Shown here piece after piece: positions 56,707 through 64,000 of a stretch of DNA of 64,000 bases. Under the pieces are notes generated by a model. It was not told the origin of the DNA. It saw only the letters and a program-made list of their open reading frames with translations, and did not search any database. The number at the start of each line of letters is the position of its first letter. The stretch's first letter is position 1. A program made the position numbers and the translations under genes. The DNA is from Macrostomum hystrix (Eukaryota > Animalia > Platyhelminthes), in contig CATNEN010000038.1 in the NCBI GenBank assembly GCA_950097015.1, positions 1,612,001 through 1,676,000 of the forward strand, given 5' to 3'.

Positions 56707-58574
56707 GTGTCATCAGTTAAAAATAGTAAAAATTAGTGAAAAAAAATCGACTAATCTAGATTTGGAGAATCCACTTTATGCCATTTTAATATACAGGCAA
56801 ACTTTTTTTAACAAAACAAAACACTAACAAAACACAATTTTATTTACTCTCGAACCAGCTAGCTAGTGTATGATGTATCTTGTTGTACATGTCTGCTAGA
56901 TAAAGTTACATTTCGAAGCTTTTTATTAAACTTTTGAGTGGACGTTCATGGATTAAAATACGAGTATTTTAATGTCTTTTGGTTTAATCAGCACCAAATA
57001 CATCCTCTTTGCAAAACCAATATGTAATAATATGTAATAACATCATCAAAGATCATGTCACAGGTGTTTAAGCGCCAGGTTTTGTGTAACAATTATCGCC
57101 ACGAGTAGTAGTGACTTCAACACAAAATGAGGTGATTCTAAATTATTTTATGCTGAGGTCTTAGTTCTGATCTTGAGTGTTAATTTGAACAGGGGCACCA
57201 CCACCTCAGGGGCGCCACCACCAGAGGGGCGCCATTAGTTTTTCCTAGTAAAAATTTGGCTTTGTTATCCTCAGCTAAAAGCTTCTGCGCACTTTACATT
57301 GGTTGTCATCTATATTAGTCCGTACACAAAGTGTATTCTCAAAATAGATCTCAATTGCCAGAGTACACCAACCATTTTTTGTACATTCTTCTCGCTACAG
57401 TCGTCATTGTACTAGCACGAGTATGTGTATTGTAACATTTTTGAACAATATGTTTCTCAAGTCTTTTTGACTATACCTGCAGTTATGTACCTTCTTTAAT
57501 TCCATAAATCCTAGCCACATTTTTTATAGATATGATACACTTAAGGTACACTTTGAGGTATCCTTTCTCATAGGCTTTATATTTAGCAAGGCGGTAGTAA
57601 CAGGTGAGACTAGTTTCTAGTTTCTAGTACTCGTACAGTTTTACTTTTTAAAACCACAAGATCGACCCGCAATTGCTGCTTTGAAGTCCTGCTTTCAAAC
57701 TAATTCTTTTCACGCGACCGAATGTGTCAATGTCAATGTCAATGCAATGTCAAATCAGCAATAAATAAATTAAACTCGTTTTATGATGTGAAATCCGTAT
57801 CTTTATATATATAGTGCAAATATCTTGCAGGGAAAAGCTTTCATAGAAAAAGGACTTCAGGAAATATTATATTCCCTATAACATATATGAGAATATTCCG
57901 TACACGACATGTTTCGCTATGTGTCAGGCTCTGATCTATTCTCAAAAAGTATATATTCTCGCGCATATTATGTGTACTTCTCTTAAGTAAATATATTATC
58001 AACTCACCCTACTTCAAGTAGTGAACTAAGTAGACCAGAATGAACATATAATTATATTATGCATAGAGTTATTTTTTTTCCTTACGTTTGGGGTTTAGAT
58101 AATTAAATTTAAACCTTTTAAACTTAGATAAAGCGTGTCGAGCCAACGTCTTTATTGACGAAGAACAGTAAAAACATAATTAAATGCATCAAAGCAAAAA
58201 TCTGCAAATTGTAGTAATCGATATTATACAATTTAACATATTCGTTAAATGCAAGCACTGCTCGCAGTTTCTAATCTAGTAAAAAATTAAAATTTTTAAA
58301 AAGAATTTTCTATTTAAAAAAAGTAATAATTTACAATCCAAAATCTAAGTACTTATTTCGAAAATGTGTATATTTTCTCAAGTCTTTTGTCCGATATGTG
58401 CCGAAAAATAGTTTACAAGGCTTAAGACTTTAATTCTGGCTCAAAGTTCACTTGTGTATATTTAAAGGGAAATAAATTATTGGTATGGTACTGATAAATA
58501 TTTAAAGGTGTTCAGAATCGACTTCGCAAACACAAAATTGTACAAAGCCTAACAGATTTTTTCAAAAATGTGGT

Positions 58575-58656
58575 CGTCGCAAGCAGGATTCGAACCTGCG
58601 CGGGGAAACCCCATTGGATTTCTAGTCCAACGCCTTAACCACTCGGCCATCGCGAC
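58575..58656 (-). tRNA. tRNA-Ser (AGA)
   Basis: GTCGCGATGGCCGAGTGGTTAAGGCGTTGGACTAGAAATCCAATGGGGTTTCCCCGCGCAGGTTCGAATCCTGCTTGCGACG: 82 nt, long variable arm, anticodon AGA, downstream TTTTT terminator. Confidence 0.95.
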
Positions 58657-59009
58657 TTGCCTCTAAATTGTCTCATAAGAGTATTTATACATATAATTTT
58701 TTTTCTCATTTGGCAAATGCAAGCCACCAGTTTCATGCTGCTTAGGAGCATAAACGTTAAAATCCCAATTTTATCAAATTATAATAATTAATAATTTGGG
58801 GTTAAGAAAATCTTGAAAAAATACTGTTCGGATAGCCTGTATCTCCTTCTCTTCTCCAGAACTCTCACCCCAGTCACCTGGTCATGGACACTTGCAGATT
58901 GTAGTTCCATTACTTCCATCTTCCATTATCTCTCTTCTCACCCAGTCTCGCCTCTCATATCTTATCTAGTACCGTCTCACATCTCACACAGACACATCTC
59001 TCTTATCAT

Positions 59010-59182
59010 CTAGTCCCGTCTCTCTTCTCCATCTCACCCAGTCCCGTCTCTCATCTCACCCAGTCCCGTCTCTCATCTCACCCAGTCCCGTCTCTCATCT
59101 CACCCAGTCCCGTCTCTCATCTCACCCAGTCCCGTCTCTCATCTCACCCAGTCCTGTCTCTAATCCTACATCAAGTCCCGTT
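59010..59182. repeat. 22-bp tandem repeat (GTCCCGTCTCTCATCTCACCCA), ~7 copies
   Basis: Directly visible. Confidence 0.9.
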
Positions 59183-60507
59183 TCTCTTCTGTCAAAAATG
59201 CTGGCTTCTATTTAGGCAGGCATCTAACAGTGCTGGGACTGAACTAGTTGCAAGTACATCTGCAGTACTCGTACAGTTATAATCCTACCGGCCTGCAAGG
59301 GCTTCTCTCCCCATCTGTAGACTACTGTACACATAGTGACTGCACTGACTGTTGAGTTAAACATCAGTTTCTCTTGCCCTCTCCCTTCCCCCGACTGTCG
59401 CCCGCGAAACCCGGCCTTTGATTGTCTGTGAGGTAAGTGTGCGTTATCATTGCGGGGAGCCTGGAGGACGGAGGGGGCAAGAAATGTGGGTAAAGGATTT
59501 AGCGTTGCCATGTCAACTCTCGCTTGACAAAGTAAAGCAAGAGAATTTAAGAAGCCAGTGGCTAATTTGACGGCAAAAAAACGAGCTTGAGTCCTTGGTT
59601 GAGAACATTGTGAGAGTACAGTGCGGCTGTTAATAATTCAGAGTGCCCAGCCGTTATCCAACAAGCAGTTGGCGGCAGAAGTTGCCAAACTTTCTGACCA
59701 AAGTCGCGCAAAATTCTCCACTCTGTTGGTGAGTCACCGTAATCCTTGTCTAAAATAAACGGAAGTAAAAAAGCTAAGAACCACACGAGGAAATTTAAAG
59801 GAATGAGAGAAGCGCTTTAGCCCCATGAGCATAGGCTCAGAAGTGGCCAGAAAGCAGAGCGGCATACGGTATAAGGCGTTGCCCCGCGGTCACTCCGGTA
59901 ACGGACCACACAAGTCCCAACCTCTATAGCGCGTGTAAGGCCGGCAGTCAGATTTTGCACATGCCACAATCGGCTCAATTTGCTTGCATAGAGACCAATA
60001 GAAAAATCTGCTTTGATTCATAATCATTTCTTGTTGAGTAGTCACGCTGGAGTATAATAGTCGGGCGAGTGAGTCCACACTGTTCACGGTTACTCAAAGG
60101 TATATACCTCTGCACCCACCCTGTGCTCACAACTTGAGGGTGGTACAAACGCACTGTCAAGACCAGAAAAACACACTCGGAGACGCAGGCTAGGTAAATG
60201 TACACGCGAAACCTGCGCCAATCTCTGCCCTTACAGTCAACAATGCATTGAAGCCTCCGCAACCCCCTTCCTACAAAGCTTGAGCACAATTGGTCACCGC
60301 CCAACTGCAAAGATAGGCGTGGGGTTGAATGAAATTCTTTGGTTTTATAGTGAGACATAATTAAACGTCCACGAACGGTCCTGGGCGTTTGCGCGTCACA
60401 CCAACTGCACTCAAATTGAGGCTAATGAAAAACTCGTCAGAGAATTGAACAAACAAAAATAATCAAAATTCTTCGGTCCCACCAGCATAGACTGCAGCAG
60501 TAGCACA

Positions 60508-61227
60508 ATGCTGTGCCTGGATGAGACCACACCGGTGATCATGGCGCTGTCCCTCCTGGGCGCAGTTCTGCTCATCGTGGGCGGCAGCCTGTGGGGCAGT
60601 GGAGAGGCTGCAGGGAAAGTGACACAAACCGCCGCCGGTATCGGGCTGTTCTGCGCCAGCCTTGTGCTGCTTGGACTCGCAGGCCTGGGCTGCTGGTGCA
60701 ACCAGTGCTTCTGCACGCCAGAGCGGAAGTCAAACCTGGCAAAACGCTTCTACGGCGGCTCTCACGACGGCGCAAATAAAAAGCCTGGCGACGCCGAGGC
60801 TGGCGAAGACGAGGACGCAGCCGACTGCGGCTCGCTCGGCTCCTCGTTTCGCTCGTTTCGCAGCTTCCGTCGAGCTTCGACTCGGCGGCAGTCACGCAGC
60901 GCTGGCAGCCTGAGAAGGGACCGGGTTAGGCCCGGGCCCGCGACAACAGCCGTCACTGAGGGCCACGCGCCAGAATCTGCCACGCCGACTGCGATACCAG
61001 AGCAGCCAGAGCCTTCGACGCAAGGCGAGCTGGCGTCGTCACACAATGCAACACTGCATGAACAGCAGCCGCAGATTCAGCAGACATCCATCGACGATGT
61101 GTCAGTCGATGAGGCATCCTCGATAGCGGAGACTTCGACACCCAATGGGACTTCAGCAGCTGTGCCAGGCGCAAGTGAACTGCCGCCCAGTGAGTCGCCG
61201 CGTGACACAGCACCAGTCAGCTGCTGA
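60508..61227 (+). CDS. Uncharacterised 239-aa protein, two N-terminal TM helices, Cys cluster, disordered tail
   Basis: GC-rich single ORF in an AT-rich background; hydrophobic segments at approximately residues 10-29 and 43-63, followed by CWCNQCFC. Confidence 0.7.
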   Translation: MLCLDETTPVIMALSLLGAVLLIVGGSLWGSGEAAGKVTQTAAGIGLFCASLVLLGLAGLGCWCNQCFCTPERKSNLAKRFYGGSHDGANKKPGDAEAGEDEDAADCGSLGSSFRSFRSFRRASTRRQSRSAGSLRRDRVRPGPATTAVTEGHAPESATPTAIPEQPEPSTQGELASSHNATLHEQQPQIQQTSIDDVSVDEASSIAETSTPNGTSAAVPGASELPPSESPRDTAPVSC

Positions 61228-62871
61228 GACAGGTGGGGCGACAGCTCCCATAGTCCCAGGTTTTCCCATTTTTCGCACTTCTTCGAAAACATTCCAAAAC
61301 ATTTGTCAAGCCTTAAACTGGTACATTTAAAGGTACCCATGGTACAGACGTGCCAGACGGGCGTTATTTCTTGGAAAATGTTTTGTTTTTTGCGATTTTT
61401 CAAAACACAGATTTTAGTCTGTCTATCAAGTTAATAGCTAGTGTTTCATATCGTCCCTTTCCTCTGTTCAAGAAATCGTCGAAGCAATAGTCACAAAAAG
61501 GTTTCGCTTGATTTAGATTTACGCCAATCCGTCACTGTGCACTATTTTGGCGCTCTTGAGTACAGTGCTCTGTCAAAAGATAACACGTATGCAATGTGAC
61601 GCATGTCACAAGCTTGAAAGATTATTTGAAATGCCATTCAAGAAAATTGTATGCGATAATTAGCAGGAACGCAGGAACGCAGGAAAAATATGTGAACAGT
61701 AAAACACTGATCATTCTGAAGGTGAATTAAGAAGAATAAAATTCATATGGGCACCATGAACGCGCGCGCACATGCTCAAAACTATTTTAATAACTTGTTA
61801 TAACCACAGATACAATATTTACTAGTTAATAGACCTTGAACATCTAGTTTACATCTAGTTCAATAAAGTATCTGTGGTTATAGCAAGCGTGCAGCTTCTC
61901 AAAAGCCATATTTGTGATGAACTAACTACATGTATAGTTTTTCTTCAAAAGCTTGAATAATATTTCGCGTATTTGCACACTTCTGTGTTCGATAACGGAT
62001 AAAGATTTAGATGGAGGAGTTTTTTGTAAGTTTTTAATAGAGCATCTGTTCTTTATATGGCAGTGCTGCAGTTCCTATGTCTTCTGACACTGCTCACACA
62101 CCTACGTTACATATGAGTTCTCTGATCAGATTGCAGCTTAATCTTGCTTGCAGTTCATGTATATTTCTATCTACCCAAATATTTGCATGAATGCCTCAAC
62201 TATCATTTCTAAGTTTTACCGTTTTTATGAGGAGTGGCTCATCACAGTGCTCATAGTCTCTATATTAACCATGTGAAGCCGGGTGACATTGCGATAAACA
62301 CTGTATTGACAATTTTTATGAGGCCAATTTCTGTATACCTCTGCTGGATCGTTACCTGTGAATTCAAACACCTGCTATCTTTCATTGCAATGAATGTAAC
62401 GACAAGCAATGCCGCAGACCATTCTACTTCTTCATGAAATCATTTAACAGGATAGATCGATGGCGCAATATATCATTTGCCTTTTTCGTGACCACTGGAA
62501 TCGCTAAGTATGAGTGTCTACTATGGCTACCCGACTATGGGATCTAGAGGTATTCGTCAGTTACAGCTTTTGTGTCAATTTGGCTTTGAATTGAAGTCAC
62601 AAGATTGAGTGCAATTTATTCCGCTTGTGCATTAATAGCCCATAAGATTCATATCCCAAGCTTTGTACTCGAAATAAAAAAGGAATATTTTTAGAGTTAA
62701 TAAGATCTCTAAAAGCTGTTAAAGCTTTTAGAGAATTGCGATCGAGGAAACTGAGAATCAGCGAACTTTTAAGCTCTCGCTGAGAAAGGTCAAGACCTTT
62801 TTACGATTATTTTGAGTTTACTTGTCAGACTTCAACACAAGCCAAAGAGTTCTATTACTTAATGACTGACC

Positions 62872-63901
62872 TCATGACGGCACATTCGCTTCGCTAGCAA
62901 TCGACGGATGCGGCCGGTGTCCCGACGGATGCCTCTGCTTGATATATTTCTCAACATAGCTCTTCTCACCTCTGGGGTCGTGCACCTGATCCGGCTCAGT
63001 TGCGGCGGACCCTTCCGGTGCTGTCCAGAAAGGCATGTGCGGCTGCAAATTGCGCTCAACCTCGCGAGCCATCCAACGGGCCAGAGGCCGGTCGAAGCAC
63101 TCCCGCAGCTGGAACTCTAGATTTCCTCTAGGCAGCAGCATGACGTCTTGCTTGTGCCCAGTCAGATGGATGATGGGCTTCAGCAGTAATCTTGTTACAC
63201 TGAAGGAACAAGAGCAAGTGTACCGCACTTAAGAAGCAATCCGACGTTTAGCGACGTCGGTGACGGGCGAATTAAAACATCAGCGCAAAACCGTCGAGAA
63301 ACGAGAAGCAAAGAACAATGGCTGGACCTAGGTCTAATGTACATGCTACCGTTATTCAGACACGTCACAACAGTTAGTCGTCGCCTGTAAATTCCTGCCC
63401 ATCTTTCTTTATCCATCCTTCACACAAAAACACGGAACATGGTTTAGGCTGAGTTGTATTTCTCAATCCGTGGTCTTCGACTTCACGAGCCTGAGCACGA
63501 CCGACTGAGGCTACAACACACACAACTGCTTATCAGCCGAGTCAGTTGAGATTTATAGTGGAGTCTGATCAAAAACACATTTTAGCTAGTTTAAATGTTA
63601 AAAATAACACTTGCCTGTCCATGTTTAGTGTCAAAGCATAGCTTATCCTCGAAGGGAAATACCGCAGCATCTCGCCAAACTGGGACACTGCGTCAGTGCG
63701 GATGTGACTCATGCGCATACCGGTGGTGTCAAAAACAATCACTAGAGTGTGCTGATCCTCAGGAATGGTCTTCTCGGCCTCACGGACCGCGAGTATCATG
63801 TGAAGGAAGTAGCTGTGTACCTGCTCCGGCTGGACCCCGGTCTCGAGGTCCTGATTTAGGCAGGTGTACAGAACAGGTCTGCCCACAAGGTCGAAGCCGA
63901 C
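62872..63901 (-). CDS. CRAL-TRIO/Sec14-like lipid-binding protein, last two exons (gene begins beyond window end)
   Basis: Exons 63901-63615 and 63199-62872 are joined in phase 2 via a GC-AG intron. Motifs GFDLVGRPVLY, LVIVFDTTG, YFPSRI, HDPRG. Confidence 0.8.
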
Positions 63902-63943
63902 CTGTGGAATGCACAAATTTGGCATTGTTGTTTTTACTAGCTG

Positions 63944-64000
63944 TGAGGGCGCAGCCGCGGAAAGAAGGCTTGGGGGCTTGTCGTGCGATTCCCGCCCTTG
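63944..64000 (+). mobile_element. SINE family B fragment (runs off window)
   Basis: gggcgcagccgcggaaagaaggcttgggggcttgtcgtgc matches the family B body. Confidence 0.65.

Overview
Eukaryotic (metazoan) genomic DNA with spliced, GC-rich genes among many minisatellites and transposon relics. The GPCR types, SINE/minisatellite landscape and intron style suggest a marine invertebrate, possibly a free-living flatworm such as Macrostomum (inference only). The dominant feature is a complete, apparently intact 15.3-kb Polinton/Maverick (adintovirus-like endogenous virus) at 31252-46525. It has AGTAGT termini, ~640-bp near-identical TIRs and a 6-bp TSD (GAAGCC). It encodes pPolB, rve integrase, adenain-like protease, packaging ATPase, major and minor capsid proteins, a parvovirus-type PLA2 and several core/membrane proteins. 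It sits in a 35-bp minisatellite within intron 6 of an 11-exon calpain gene whose three catalytic residues are all substituted. The first internal gene of the element has a host-type promoter with a perfect 4-unit heat-shock element, whereas most other genes are separated by only 17-38 bp of A/T-rich sequence. Other host genes: two paralogous GPCR 5' exons that appear to share one 3' exon, an intronless GPCR, a six-exon FMO closely resembling bacterial trimethylamine monooxygenase (one frameshift), tRNA-Ser(AGA), a 2-TM orphan protein, and the 3' end of a CRAL-TRIO gene. Also present are two tRNA-derived SINE families, MITEs, and LINE and Gypsy fragments. All homology calls come from motif recognition by eye, not database searches.
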